DNA from: Massalongia carnosa
Taxonomy: Eukaryota
Reading direction: 5' to 3'
NCBI GenBank assembly: GCA_965645245.1
Contig: OZ287071.1
Location: 310,001-374,000, forward strand
Length of the DNA stretch: 64,000 nt
The position numbers were made by a program, and so were the translations under genes. Under the pieces are notes generated by a model that was not told where the DNA came from, did no database searches, and saw only the letters and a program-made list of their open reading frames with translations. Position 1 is the first letter of the stretch. Every line of letters begins with the position of its first letter. Of this stretch, positions 24,368-36,809 are shown piece by piece.

Positions 24368-27106
24368 CTATCCCTTCTTCTTAAACCGAAACTTTAATTC
24401 GTCCTCGCTATCGCTCTCGCTTCCGCTATCCTCGTCCAATATTAAAATCTTTGGCTTTTTCGCCAATGGACGGCCATTAGCTCCACCCGTCGCCGCGCGC
24501 TTCCCATTTGCAGACGGCAGCCTCCCGCCGCTACCCTGGAGCGGATCCGTGCGCCGGGTGGTACTTCGCGGCAGGAGGTTCGCATCCATATCCGTAGCCT
24601 CATCTGGCATTTCGTCATCACTATCGTCCGCCGGCTCGGCTGCGGACGCTTGGGTGTTCTGGCTCCGCGCTGTGGCGAACGGCTGCTGGCTTTGGATCTG
24701 ACTAGGCTCCTGCGTCTGCGCGGCGTGCTCCTTCTCCCTGCGTTTTCTCTTTGACTTCTCGCTTTCTAGCCAGTGTTCTTCCCCAATGCCGAAGTCCTTC
24801 TTCTTGATCTCCTCAAGGGGTACAATTACGCTCTGTCCACGGCGCGCATACGCGGCGTCGTCGCCGCGCCGACGAAACTTTTTGAAGTTTTTCCGACCAT
24901 TCCATGCTTCATCCCAGCGGAGATTAGAGGAGTCTCCGTTGCGAAGCCCGGTGCGTTGTAACCACATGGTTCTGGCAGGCAAGGGCATTTCTTCGACGAC
25001 GGCAAGGTTCTTCATGTCTGATACGTTCATGCCATCGAGCGTTTCGCGAAGGGACTCCTCGTCGCGGCGCGCAGCGTTCTCTTCGGCTTCTCGGCGTTCG
25101 CGCACGGCTTCCTTAATGTCAACTTCTTTCTTGGGTAACTTCGGCTTTTCGGGCTCGGCTGTGGACTGAGATCTGCCGAATGATGTAGCGGAGGAGATTC
25201 CTTTGCGGTGCGCCTCTTCTTGTTCCTCGATTCGGCGGCGCTTCATCGCTGCGGCGGCGGGAAGGAGCCTTTCCACCATTTCCTCATCGTTGTCATCGTC
25301 AGACTGGGGTGCGGCCCTCTTTCGAGGGTTCTGAGCTTGGATATTGATACTCTCAGGCTCTTGCGAATCCACTTCTATGGCGGAATTTGGGAGAGATGTT
25401 GATGACTAGATCTAATGAGTTGGGTAATAACAAAAGGCGTATGAGATACAGAACGGACCAAGATTCTTTGCGATCTTTCACTGCTATATTTATTCTGTAT
25501 TTGCGTCCCTTCGTACTGAGTGCGTAGCGATACAGACATGGGCGTATCTTCTTCCTCCTCGTCATCGAAGCCTTTGAATCGGCTTACAATAGGGCCCCGA
25601 CGGCGCGAGCGCTTTGGCGGGGGCTGTGCTGAGTCTTGTTGAGAAGTTTCCTCAACGCTACGGCGATTGCTTCCCTCTGGCATAGTATGAGGCGGAGCAG
25701 GTTCTATAATATGAGCTCTGATCAGCACATCGACCAAACTGGTTAGTACCATTATTGGAGTGGGCTTTGAATGAATTACCTGACTCATCCTCCTCCTGCA
25801 AAGGTCTCCGAAGCATACTGGCGTTATTGGTCAAAATAGCGTCCATGAACTCATTTTGTTCGATCATCCGCTGATCCAATGCCAACGCAAGCTGATCGCC
25901 CAAGTCCATCGCCCAATCTTGAAACTCCTTTTTCCCCCTAAATCTGACAAGAACTACCCCTTTTCCAGAACTTCCATCCTCGAATTCGCCAAGGCTTTTC
26001 TCCCCTGCCACCTTTTTAACTACGCGTATTAATTCCCTTGCTGTGGTTTTGCCGGGTTCCAAAGGCTGATATACTGCTTTGCCCCCCCCGTTGAAGACAG
26101 GAGCCTGCAATGTTTCATATTGAACCTGATCACAGAAGATGAAAGTGTAACCCTCGAAGATGTTGATACGCGTTGGATCGGGTGTAAAGAACTCAACAGG
26201 TCGTTCATTGGGCTCTTTACCCTTTGCAGGCAGATGATTCAGCGCATTCGGCCAATTTGCGTCGAAATCTTCCTCCAAAGGGGAGAGGCTCTCCGGTTCG
26301 TCGAGATTACAAGGAGTGGTGGCATACACCAAAGCATCCACGAAGGACTCAGCAACGATATATTTCGCATTGATGATGGCTTGCAGCCCTTTTGCCGTGT
26401 TTCGTTTGCTGCTGACGACATGTGTGGTTTTGTCGATGATATAGGGAAGAATGGCTTTAATGTCAAGCTCCTCCAGCCGGTTTCGCACTGCGGCGAGGGG
26501 ATCTTTTCCTCCCTTGATATCCTTTGTACTGAACGAAAACGATAGCACGGCTGGCTGCCACTTGATTCTTGGCTAGGATTAGCTTCTGCTATCAGCTGGC
26601 ACGCCCACATACCGAAACAACCCCGTGGTTTTTCCAAATTCGAAGGTATGCTCGGCATCGTTTTTCAGGATCCTGGTTTCACCGGAGATCTTCACGCCAT
26701 CGACTACCGTTCCCTTTCCCTCATCTTTGATCTCCAGCTTAGAGCCGGTATGCACCAACGACTAGAACAGTCAGATCCTGCGGGGCACTTGGCAATTCCA
26801 GGACGAATCGCATACCCCATCGCCACGTTTCACCTCCGAGACACAAATTGTGATCTGTTTCCGAGAAACGGTATGATCCTTGATATAAAATCCAGCTATC
26901 TAAATAAGTTGCTAGACTTGGGCCCGAGCAGGGTTTTAACTAACCATCTCTGCCTTTCGGCCATTTTGTCCTGCCAAAGAGATATTTCTTCCCGGGACGG
27001 AGCCAAATTCTTTTATCTGCCGAGTATTTGAGCGACCATTGAGGAATGAACGCGTTCTTGTTTACCTACTTTCTAAAGTTTCATCTTCACATTCCAGTAT
27101 CCACAT
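24368..27106 (-). CDS. NBS1: Nibrin/Nbs1 (MRN complex; FHA + BRCT), multi-exon
   Basis: N-terminus 'MWILE...|KRIWLRPGKKYLFGRT...DHTVSRK' (FHA); BRCT 'TTHVVSSKRNTAKGLQAIINAKYIV'; Mre11-binding 'KNFKKFRR'; acidic C-terminus ending 'ELKFRF'. Confidence 0.9.
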
Positions 27107-27264
27107 TTTAGTCCAAAAGCCGTGAAACGACCGTTATACACCTTTCCAACGGGTCAGATTTAAGTCAACGCGGATCGGGCTCGGCCCGGGGATGTTAGGC
27201 TACCAAGAACTACAACGCGATATCATGTGATCCGCAAAGTACAAAGTACAGGGGACGGACTACT

Positions 27265-27656
27265 TACAGAGTATAGCATGAACCTGGCAACGGCTGAGGT
27301 ATACTCTGTTCAGAGTAACTACTTGTCGATACACCGAGCGGTTTCGGCGTTGATGGGTAAAGTTTCGGTTGGGAAGGGAAGTTTTCGAAAAACGTTGTGC
27401 TGTACAGAGTAACTAAATCTCCCAATCTCAGGGGTTTTCAGGCCGGAGTGTACGGAGGTAGGTATCTTTTATTTCGTACTCTGTATGGAGTGCTTCGTAC
27501 GTAAGCTATGTACGTAAGCTATGTACGAAGTAGTTAAACACCTAAGCTAGTCGTTGCCCCTTGCTACAATCGACAAGCCCGATTGAACCCCCCGTGCCCC
27601 TCCACCAACCCCACTTCAACAACTTTGAAGTCTACATAACTACTCTGTACAGAGTA
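27265..27656. promoter_or_regulatory. Cluster of TACAGAGTA/TACTCTGTA motifs in the divergent NBS1/RPEL intergenic region, including palindrome TACTCTGTACAGAGTA (27641-27656) and a 13-nt tandem TACGTAAGCTATG x2
   Basis: Exact motifs at 27265, 27403, 27477, 27641 and 27648; inverted near-copy at 27302-27317. A regulatory role is inferred from position only. Confidence 0.45.
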
Positions 27657-27730
27657 CCGACAAAGCTTAACATAGCTGTAACTATAACTTGCATATCCGC
27701 CAACTAAACCTTGCATATCCGCTGTAAAGA

Positions 27731-28320
27731 ATGGCTGCTCAAAGCGAAACGCCCTCCTACGTCGATGAAAGTCCCATTTCTCCCATCGAGCGCCGCAACT
27801 CTCTTGAGAAACACCTTCAACATCGCCCCGACCCGCAAGACCTTAAAGACCGCAACATTCTGCTTAATACCAACGCTGCGCCGTAGGATCGACCCTCCTC
27901 CCAATAGCTTCCGTTAACAGTTCATCTGACCGATCCTTACCTAGGGCGTTGCAATCAGTAGCGCAAGACCTGAAACGTCAGCGCGCAACGGACAGTTTGC
28001 GAAAGGGGCTAGAGAGAAGGCCGGAAAGGGAAGAACTGATCGGAAGTATGTTACTCGCTACCTTTATGAATCATTACAGCTGCAGAGGTTTAGGTGGAAA
28101 TAACTTAAGTCGATGTCGGGTTGTTGAAGGCATTGGTCTGACTATTCTAGGGAATATTTTGCCGGATTCGACCGCTGCGCCGGCGTTGCAGGGACAACAG
28201 AGGCGATTGGAAAAGCACATGCGGGCGGATAGCTTGGAGCAAAAGATCCAGCATAGGCCGAAGCCCGAGGAGCTGGTCAAGGAGGGTATCCTAGGCGCGG
28301 ATGAGGATCCTACAAAGTGA
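27731..28320 (+). CDS. RPEL-repeat protein (3 RPEL repeats, 3 exons)
   Basis: 'LEKHLQHRPDPQDLKDRNIL', 'LRKGLERRPEREELIGRNIL', 'LEQKIQHRPKPEELVKEGIL'. Confidence 0.92.
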
Positions 28321-28474
28321 GGGAAAGGACAATTTAGCGCGGAGTATTTTCCAGGCCAGGCATGGGGGGAAAAGGTTCTTGACGCTTTGCTTTCATCTAC
28401 GAAAGCCCGCCATTGACTTGTTTCTTGATTCAGCAATTCCGGTAGGTAGAACAGAGATAACGAAACCGAATGTC

Positions 28475-29431
28475 TCAATACCCCTCCACCGGCTCCCTAA
28501 CCCTTTCCTCCGCCCCGAGATCCGGCACCCACCCTTTCGGTCTCTCCCTACCCCTAATAATCATCCCATACACTGCGCCCTCCACCTTCTCCACACAAGT
28601 CCGCATAACCTCCATCTTCTTCGCCGCGTCTCTCTTCAGCGGCGATCCTCCGCCCCCATTGCTGGTCGAGGTATCAAGACCCTCGAAACACGTCCTGAGC
28701 GTCCTCAGATCCGTCAAGATATCCCTCCGCTCACTCCCATCACCGCTCTCCAACCCGCTGCCAGGAAGGGTCCCGCTCGTAGCCATGCTCGTGATCGCAA
28801 ATCGCATCAGTTCCCCAACCAGATCGAAAAGCCCCAGCACGTAATCATCTTCCGTCAGCACGATTCCGCCGGGGATCCTTGCCTGCGCTTCCTCGTACGT
28901 AACAAGGCGCTGGGTTTCTAGGTAGTGTTGGAAAGATACCGCTTCTAGGTGCTCCTGCACACCGCCAGAGATCTGCCGCTGGTAGCGCCACGCGTTGATG
29001 TCTTGCAGGTCGGGCGCAACGGAAACGAACAGATCATGGATGGTGGAGAGACGAGGGCCGTTCTCTTTCTGAACCGGCGCAGGGATGGAGGACTGATGGG
29101 TTTGGACGCTGGGGTGAAGAAATATATTAAAATCCGTGAGTCACTGAGCATGACCGTTGGCAATCACTTACCGCTGCAAAGAGAATATCCTATGGAGCAG
29201 CTGCTAGTGAGCAAATCACACGCCATATTGCGCCCAAATGGCATGAGCGGGTGCTCACATTTTCTTGCTCAGGGCGGTGATGTCGCGGGAGGCCTTGATG
29301 ATGCGTTCGCGGCGATCATGATGCAGGTCGAGTTCATTGCGGAAGATGGTGAACATGGGCATAAAAGGGGACTGGGGCGATGCGGAGGAGGAGGGAGGGG
29401 GCTGTTCCAGGGGATGTTTGATGCCGGGCAT
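28475..29431 (-). CDS. Translin-associated factor X (Trax, C3PO subunit); exons 29431-29259, 29189-29172, 29108-28475
   Basis: 'FRNELDLHHDRRERIIKASRDITALSKKM|IFSLQR', 'GVQEHLEAVSFQHYL', 'DYVLGLFDLVGELMRFAI', 'KKMEVM..CVEKVE.AVY...IRGRERPKGW'. Confidence 0.93.
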
Positions 29432-30075
29432 TGTTTTGGCAAGATCAATCAATTGCTCCGGGGGTGGATCTGACAGAAAATAATGAATTGCCCGAATAAA
29501 TTCTAGGCCAAATATAACAAAATTCTGTTTAAAGCTTCGTTTCCTTAGTCTTCGTTGAAATTTTATTTGAACCCAGTTGGGGCGAGTTGAACAATGAATC
29601 ACCTATTACAGCGAAGACGAGTTATAAAACATCTTTTTCTATTCAAGCCATTTCGTTCAAAAGTTCAGATTTAGTAGATCATTTGAGATACTTCGAAGCC
29701 AAGCAATAATTTCGATCAGTTGTATTGTACAGAGAATTCATATTTAAACCACTCTACAAAGTATGAGCTATGGAGATATAAATCTGTTTCTACTCGGCTA
29801 TAGGAATGATATTTTCTCTTTGAGGATCGTTTCTCTTCCGCGCTTTTCAAAGGATCTTTAGTATCTGCTATGAAATATTTTCTAGTTGAATATGTCCGAC
29901 TTCATGTGGGCCATCTAAGAAAAGCCATCAGATGGCTTTAGTAGACTGGTGAGGATCTTAAACGCTTTAGATTTCCACCACATTCTTGCTTCTGTGGTTC
30001 TGCGCAGAATATCCGTTCGGCGTGAGTGTTGGCCATCTTCAACCTAGGGGCTCTATAGGTAGGTTGCCTCTAGAT

Positions 30076-31536
30076 CTAATCCAGAAACTTCACCTTCAAT
30101 CCTGCCTTTTCGCAGGCGGCCCTTGTGTCATCGTCAAGCGTGTGCGCCTTGTGAAAGAAGACTTCGCGCAGATTTGGAAGACGACGTTGTCTCAGTTTCG
30201 GCAGTCCTGCAAACATTGCCTTAAGATCCTACACCGATGCCTCTCCTCCGTTCCATATTGTCTTTCCCGCCAATTCCAAAAGCTCAACAGATGCAGGCAG
30301 TATGTCCACCAATCGTTTGACCTCATAGCTACCGTACCTTGCATTGTGATGAGGAGGGTTTATGGGGTTGGATTTGCCACTGTTGCTTTCCTCATACTCT
30401 GCTTCTTCCCATTTTGCGGTATTGGTGGGTCGAAATAACATTACATCGTTCACACAGATCTTCTTTAACGTGCGAAACCCATGCAGTGGACCTATGTAAT
30501 ATTCCCCAAGGTTTGTCTTATCGATTACTTTCATAAACCCTGTGAGACCAAGCTCGGTCAGGCTATGAGCTGCATACTTCAACAGCCCGGCAACAATTGC
30601 GCGAGGTCGGAAGTCCACATCGTAGTGGGTATCCCCATCTGTATAAACAAACTTCTCCAGGGCTTTGATGCCACGGAATAACTCGACAAAGCTTTGAGCC
30701 GCAACTTCGCTGAACTCGAAATTTATACTCTGTACTCCCGAGATATGGGGTTCAAACGACCATCGAAAGTCAGCACTTTGGACGATGTTGCCGCCGATGT
30801 GCTGAATAGATGGCAGAACTGCAAATGATTGGAACACCGTAAAATCCACTCGTTCGTCCACCCCGGCCTGCAAATCTACCGAAACTAGTTTTCTTAGAGC
30901 CATCGGCGGGTTACATGGATCTAAGTCTACGTGTGCTTCGGCTATCCTGGTCATTATGGTGTTGAAAAGCGTGTTGCCTGCACTTAGATTGCATCCTTGG
31001 AAGTTGTCCGTCTGAATTAAATGCAGATTGGGAAACAAAGTAATCAGCAATACAACGATAGCCTCTTCGTTCCCATTGCTCATAATCATTTTGTTCCAAT
31101 CCTCCGCCTCGTCATCACCGAGATATGGGCAGTCATGCAGCTGCTCAAGGACATCATCTTGGACGTCACTGAGGAACTCTCCAATATCGACGCTTTCACC
31201 GTTTGACCTTAGATCGACTTTGGTACATTTAGAGCCGTTCCCGATGATGATATCCTGCGGGTAAAACTTTAAACGCTCATTGAGAAGAACGGTGCGGAGT
31301 ACTAAGGCCGGGTGCATCGCCGGTTTTTTAAGAGGTTCAGCTATCATACTCTCATCGACGAAGTTGCAGACGATTAAGCCGTATTCACGCTTCATCGCAG
31401 TGTGATCTCGAAGCGCAGCGTCGGCCAGGAAATAGACTGTTTTTCAGCAAAGAGCAAACTTCTCAATATCTCCAGGGTCGACATGCTCCAAGATACGCAG
31501 AAGCAGCTCATTGGGAAGCGCTAGAAGTTCATGCAT
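30076..31536 (-). pseudogene. F-box + LRR/RNI-like gene interrupted by two in-frame stops (TGA 31446-31444, TAG 30231-30229)
   Basis: ATG 31536 gives the F-box 'LLALPNELLLRILEHVDPGDIEKFALC*KTVY'. The same frame runs through the 388-aa ORF and past its TAG ('ASV*DLKAMFAGLPKLRQRRLPNLREVFF...AACEKAGLKVKFLD*') to the stop at 30076. Confidence 0.78.
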
Positions 31537-31539
31537 TTT

Positions 31540-31555
31540 GGGGGGGGGGGGGGGG
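31540..31555 (+). repeat. G homopolymer (about 16 nt) immediately upstream of the F-box pseudogene start
   Basis: Direct reading of the sequence. Confidence 0.9.
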
Positions 31556-32057
31556 AGGGGAGGGCAGAATGAGCAACACAATTCGAGACGTATGGGACTT
31601 TCACGAATCCAGAAAAGACAAGGTCATACCGAAAACAAAATTAGGCACCGAGCAAGGTGGTGTTGATAAGTTCTCAAGATGACGGGTCGGCTTGATCACT
31701 CAACCGGTAGGCAAATGAAAGGTTTGATACTCTGTAACTTGTCATTAGCCCAAATCAAATAGGCAGCAAAGAACACATGAGATACACATTGGATTCTGCA
31801 TTGCGCTCTGGAATGCTCATAAGAAGTTGTTGAAACTTTCGAGCGTTGAAGGCTTGGTTTCTGTTTCGTTCTTCTTCCGTCCCGAATAGCTCTAACTAAA
31901 GGTCAGCAAAGCGTTAATCGCGGCGTATCTGCGAGAGGAGTAAAAGTTTCTACGTAGTACAGAGTATATCTAACTACTCCGTATGCTGTTTGCACAGCAA
32001 GACAGGTTTACCATGGTTACAAGGCCGCACAGCGCTTATCGTAATTTATCATACCTA

Positions 32058-32093
32058 TACAGAGTATGGTACAGAGTATGGTATAGAGTATGG
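32058..32093 (+). repeat. 12-nt tandem repeat (TACAGAGTATGG) x3, third copy TATAGAGTATGG
   Basis: tacagagtatgg tacagagtatgg tatagagtatgg upstream of PIG-M. Confidence 0.9.
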
Positions 32094-32259
32094 TATAATT
32101 ACAGATTATGTACTCTGTCTAATCACCTAACTGATGGTTTCTTGCACAACAATGTAAAGGGAGGAAAGAGAGTATAGAAATGTCATGTCGGATGATTTAG
32201 ACTGTTTTGGGGAAATGTCTACATATCATTCTCGATGATTTCTGAGTCCAAGATATATC

Positions 32260-34013
32260 ATGTCGTATTCATATTTCACACACACAATCATATTTTCCTT
32301 CGCGGTTTTTCTTCGCATCGTGTTCCTTTTCTACGGCCTAATTCAAGACGAGTACTCCCCTCTTAAGTTCACAGACATTGACTACTTCGTCTTCACCGAC
32401 GCCGCCCGCTCCCTCTCACGCGGTCAATCTCCCTACGAGCGCGAAACTTACCGCTATACCCCACTGCTAGCATGGCTGCTCCTGCCTACCACCTGGCCTG
32501 GCGCAGCATGGTTTTCGTTTGGGAAAGTGATCTTCGCCCTTGCCGATATCACTGCGGGATGGCTCATTGTCTTGGTATTGAAATCACCGGCTGGTGGGAG
32601 TATGACGACTGAACGAGCGCTCAAGTTCACGAGCATTTGGCTTCTCAATCCGATGGTGGCGACTATCAGTACGCGAGGGAGCTCTGAAGGGCTGCTATGT
32701 GTGATGGTTGTTGCGTTGCTGTGGGCTATCATTCATCGGCGGATCATGTTGGCAGGAGTTCTTTTGGGATTAGCGGTGCATTTTAAGATTTACCCGTTTA
32801 TCTATGGGGTTTCTATTGTCTGGTATCTGGAGCCATTACCAGCTTCTGGTTCTGAGTCAGAGAGAGCCTCCAAGTGGAGAAGTCCTGCTTTATTCTCCTT
32901 GCTCGAAAACCCTATCAACTTCATCACGCCCGACCGCATCACCCTTATCCTCTCCTCCCTCAGCACCTTTACCGCTCTCAATTTCCTCATGTACAGTCTT
33001 TATTCGACCCCCTTTCTCACTCACACTTTCCTCCACCACCTCACCCGAATCGACCATCGCCACAACTTTTCCCCTTACAACACGCTTCTCTATCTGTCCT
33101 CTTCTTCCCCGGGGACGGGAATCCTCCGCTTTGAGTCCTTGGCCTTTGTCCCGCAAATCGCTCTTAGCGCCATTTTGATCCCTATCGCATTGGCGAAGAA
33201 AGATCTTGCGGGTACGATGCTAGCGCAGACTTTTGCGTTTGTGACATTCAACAAAGTTTGCACAAGCCAGGTATGCGCAGGCCTGATTAACAAGACTGAA
33301 ATGCCAGACCTCAAATCTCATTATTCGCTTCCCCTACCTCGCATCTTATATTAAAAGCGCCAACGGCTAGCTAACATCTCCTGCTTAACCCAGTATTTCC
33401 TTTGGTATACCATCCTGCTCCCTTTTTACCTTCCTCACTCCTCACTCCTATCCTCCCCACGCCTTGGCATCACCGCAGCAGCGCTTTGGATTCTCTCCCA
33501 GGTAAGCTTGACTCCGTTCTTCCGCCTTCTTGTCCTCTTTCTGCAGAACCAAGCCCATGGAAAGAACTAATACCTGGAATTTCCCTGCTTTACGCTAGCT
33601 TCTCTCTGTTTCTCTCCTCTTCTGTTTCTATACCCCATTCCTTCTCCGCGATTCTCTCCCTTTCGTGTCCATTATTCTCCATCCGCCATCTTAACCCTCC
33701 CTTCTTCCCTTCCTCCTTTCCTCTCCTCCCCCCATTTCCCGGGTCAAATGTCTTTCTTCTCTAACCTGTAAACCTATCCTAACTCTAACCTCCCCCCCCC
33801 CCCCCCACCCCTTCAAACCAAAGGCCCCATCACTAACCCTTCCCTCCTAACTAGGCCTGCTGGCTCCACCAAGCGTTCGCCCTCGAGCACCAGGGCCTGA
33901 GCACCTTTGTCCCGGGCCTTTGGCTTTCCAGCCTTATGTTCTTCGGCGTGAACGTGTGGATCCTCGGCTTGATGGTGGGAGATATTGGAAAGCGGAAAGC
34001 GGTGGTAGTATAA
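32260..34013 (+). CDS. GPI14: GPI mannosyltransferase 1 (PIG-M); exons 32260-33270, 33394-33501, 33855-34013
   Basis: 'KFTDIDYFVFTDAAR', 'SPYERETYRYTPLLAW', 'WLLNPMVATISTRGSSE', 'VHFKIYPFIY', 'RIDHRHNFSPY', 'FVTFNKVCTSQ|YFLWY'. Confidence 0.95.
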
Positions 34014-34580
34014 TATGCTCTTTTAGGCTTCTCAGCTAAAAGAGAAATCGAGATCGGTTTAGTAGAAGTTTCCATGTAACGAAGATTATAGGTTGTCTTT
34101 GTAGAGAACGACAACTCAAGGATAGGCACTTGAGAACTAGGAGACTCTTGGTTTTGTGGCATGGAAAAATCAGTATTATTTTAGTGAAGGTGCGATTTTG
34201 CGCATCGAGTGGCTAGGAATGAGGAAGTTAATTTTGCGTATGGTTGGAGGAATATGGCTTGTGGGAGTGATGAATGAGAGAGACTCTAGACGAAGTTGAA
34301 AGACTTCTTGCTACGCAAGCAGCCAGCTACACATTATATTAAGCATCGCTGCAGTACTATAACAAGCCAAACAGCAAAGGCACGCCGCCTCCTTATCCCC
34401 CCTATTCCCCCGGGCGCCAGTGTGATGCGCAAAACACCCAGCGTTATACCAGCTGCCAAATCCGCCTCCCCCGCCCCCCGCCCCCCGCCCCCCCCCAATT
34501 AGATGCTATATCGTTCAACCCAGAACGTACATCCGTCTCTCAGTGAACCCATAGCTCAAGCGCAAACTCCACCGAGAGGA

Positions 34581-36809
34581 TTAGATCCGCCAAACTTCGC
34601 CTAGGCTAGAGAGATAATCACGTAGACTATGAACGGCGAGAGGCCCCCCCGGGGGAAGTTCGTCCGGGGTCTGTACGTCCGAGGCAATGCGGGCCCATTC
34701 GTTGGGGGGATCTGGGTCTGGATCCGGGTTCGAAGGCTGGGATGACCGGGACGGAAAGGGAAAGTAAGGTTCAAGTTTAATGGCTTGGGAAGGCTTTTTG
34801 GGATCCCCGGGGTTGAGGATGTCAAAAGAAAGGTCCTCATCGTCGGGGCTCAGGTGCCCGTCTTCGCTCACTTTGTCCTCGTTCGTTTTCCCGTCTTTAA
34901 TTTCAGCTAGCTCAACCCCCGCATCCTCCCACGCCATTTCGTTCTTCTCGGCTACCCCAGGGCTCAGCAATCCTTGCCTGTTTCCTCCCATCTCAACATG
35001 CTCCAACTCATCCGGCAATAATACTCTTGCCCCCCTGGTTTCTAACTCGTGAGTCTCAACGCAATACTCAAGCGCTTTCTTCCCATTTGTGATTAGATCT
35101 TCTGTGCGGCTAAGGCAGCGCTTGATACATTGGTTTAGCTTCTGGCTATCGACTAGTAGGGCGCGGTGGCGGGAGAAATCTACATTTAGGCGTTGGGAGT
35201 CTTTGGCCCGGAGGCAGGCGGCGTTGGAGGGAGAGAGGGGACTATCGATTCGTGGTGATGTGTTGAAAGAGGAAATGTGAGAATCATCATCAACTTCCTC
35301 GTTACCGGCTTCGATGGAAGGTACAGGAGAGGAGCGACCTGAATGTTCATCGCTATCACTATAGTGACCGTATTCGGAGAGCATTGATAGGGTATTGGAG
35401 GTGGAGCGAGACGATGACACAACCGAGATGCGATTGGTACGACTAAGTCGACGGAAACGACGCAATTCGGCGTTTTGTTTGCGCATTTCGCGCTCTAGGG
35501 TACGGTTGATCGCTAGGAGAGAGGAGTTGCTAATCTCAAGGTCGAGGACTTTACGTTCTCGCCTAGCGTTCGCGGCTAGCTCATTCAAGTGTTCAAGTTT
35601 GGTCTGGCCAAGCGATATATTTGTAGGACTCATAGGAAGGTCAGTAGTCGAGGAAGGTGGGTGAGCGTCAAGTTCTGGTTTACATTGTAATACCGGGCGA
35701 ACCACGGAGCTGCTTACAGTAGGTCTGTCCGATAGTGTGCTGCTTGGCCTTCGATTCGAATTTTTTATTGAGGCGCTGAAGTTGGAGGATTTAACGTGGC
35801 TGACACGGCGTTGACTTGGGCTGTTAAGGCTAGAACTTCGGGAGAGGCTGCTTTGGTCCATGGTTGTATTATCTGGTGATCTGATGTCTGCGATCGTGGA
35901 GGTTGAAACCAGCCGCGTATGCCGCCGAGTCGAGGCCTTGCTTAATGATGACTTCCTGGACAATATCTCGTCTTTGAGTGGTGATGTTGCTCGCTGTTGT
36001 TGCGGGCCAACCGTAGGGGACCTCACAATCGGCGCTGTTACTAGTTTGGAATTAGAGATTCTAGGTTCAGCGGTGCCATTGGCATAGAAGAACTTTGGCC
36101 GCGTTTCCCCAGCTGGACTTATGCTCAAAGAAGATCTGCCATCTTCAACGTCGTATTCTGCCCCACCATCATCCGGCCCTGCTTTCTTTTCCTGGAGGAT
36201 ATATCGTTCTGATGGAATTGTTGCTAGGCTTGGCCTAACATCATCCGCACGGAAAAACATTGGCTGAGTCTCGGCATTCGTAATTCGTCCATTGCTACCT
36301 AAGCCGACCTCCATTGGCGTGGGCTTAAATGAACGAGCAGACAGCTGACTGTCGCTGACAACACTCTGCGGCCGACTGATGCGCCCTGCACTCACATATC
36401 CAATTCCCAGCCCTGGGTTTCCGTGGGTGTCTTCGGCGGCTCTTTCCTGGTGATCGATCAACGAGGTTGGTCGAGAATTCCCCGGGGTGCCAATTGGCGT
36501 ACCGTTCGGCGTTGAGGACGCGCTATTTTTCCTTGCCTTTCTTGAGCTTGATCTCGGAGTGATGTTGGAGTTTAGGAACGTTTTGATGGGGGTCGCTATT
36601 TCTTTGGTATTGCTCATTGCTCTAGGAGCGGTGTTGATCGAAGCGCTCTTTGCCACTGAAGGAGTTGCTCCAGACGCTGGGGACCCTGCAGCCTTTGGCA
36701 AAAGCGAAGGTCTTCCAGACCACTGGGCTCTGTTGGTAGTTGCTCCTGGGCGGCCATTGACCATGCGGGTTTGTTTATCTTTCTGGTTCATTATCGTGCT
36801 GGGTACCAT
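34581..36809 (-). CDS. Uncharacterised Ser/Arg-rich protein with a central coiled-coil block
   Basis: 742-aa ORF, largely low complexity, containing 'LAANARRERKVLDLEISNSSLLAINRTLEREMRKQNAELRRFRRLSR', which resembles a conserved fungal hypothetical family. Confidence 0.75.
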   Translation of the reverse strand: MVPSTIMNQKDKQTRMVNGRPGATTNRAQWSGRPSLLPKAAGSPASGATPSVAKSASINTAPRAMSNTKEIATPIKTFLNSNITPRSSSRKARKNSASSTPNGTPIGTPGNSRPTSLIDHQERAAEDTHGNPGLGIGYVSAGRISRPQSVVSDSQLSARSFKPTPMEVGLGSNGRITNAETQPMFFRADDVRPSLATIPSERYILQEKKAGPDDGGAEYDVEDGRSSLSISPAGETRPKFFYANGTAEPRISNSKLVTAPIVRSPTVGPQQQRATSPLKDEILSRKSSLSKASTRRHTRLVSTSTIADIRSPDNTTMDQSSLSRSSSLNSPSQRRVSHVKSSNFSASIKNSNRRPSSTLSDRPTVSSSVVRPVLQCKPELDAHPPSSTTDLPMSPTNISLGQTKLEHLNELAANARRERKVLDLEISNSSLLAINRTLEREMRKQNAELRRFRRLSRTNRISVVSSSRSTSNTLSMLSEYGHYSDSDEHSGRSSPVPSIEAGNEEVDDDSHISSFNTSPRIDSPLSPSNAACLRAKDSQRLNVDFSRHRALLVDSQKLNQCIKRCLSRTEDLITNGKKALEYCVETHELETRGARVLLPDELEHVEMGGNRQGLLSPGVAEKNEMAWEDAGVELAEIKDGKTNEDKVSEDGHLSPDDEDLSFDILNPGDPKKPSQAIKLEPYFPFPSRSSQPSNPDPDPDPPNEWARIASDVQTPDELPPGGPLAVHSLRDYLSSLGEVWRI

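Noticed and set aside
31444..31446. Selenocysteine decoding of the in-frame TGA (C*K, next to a Cys)
   Set aside because: Sec machinery is not known in Ascomycota, I saw no SECIS, the site is not a redox motif, and a second (TAG) stop is present.
32058..32093. CRISPR-like array (also 56451-56506)
   Set aside because: Direct tandem repeats without spacers, no cas genes, eukaryotic context.
723..34013. Functional clustering of two GPI-pathway genes (PIG-U and PIG-M)
   Set aside because: They are 30 kb apart with many unrelated genes between them, compatible with chance.
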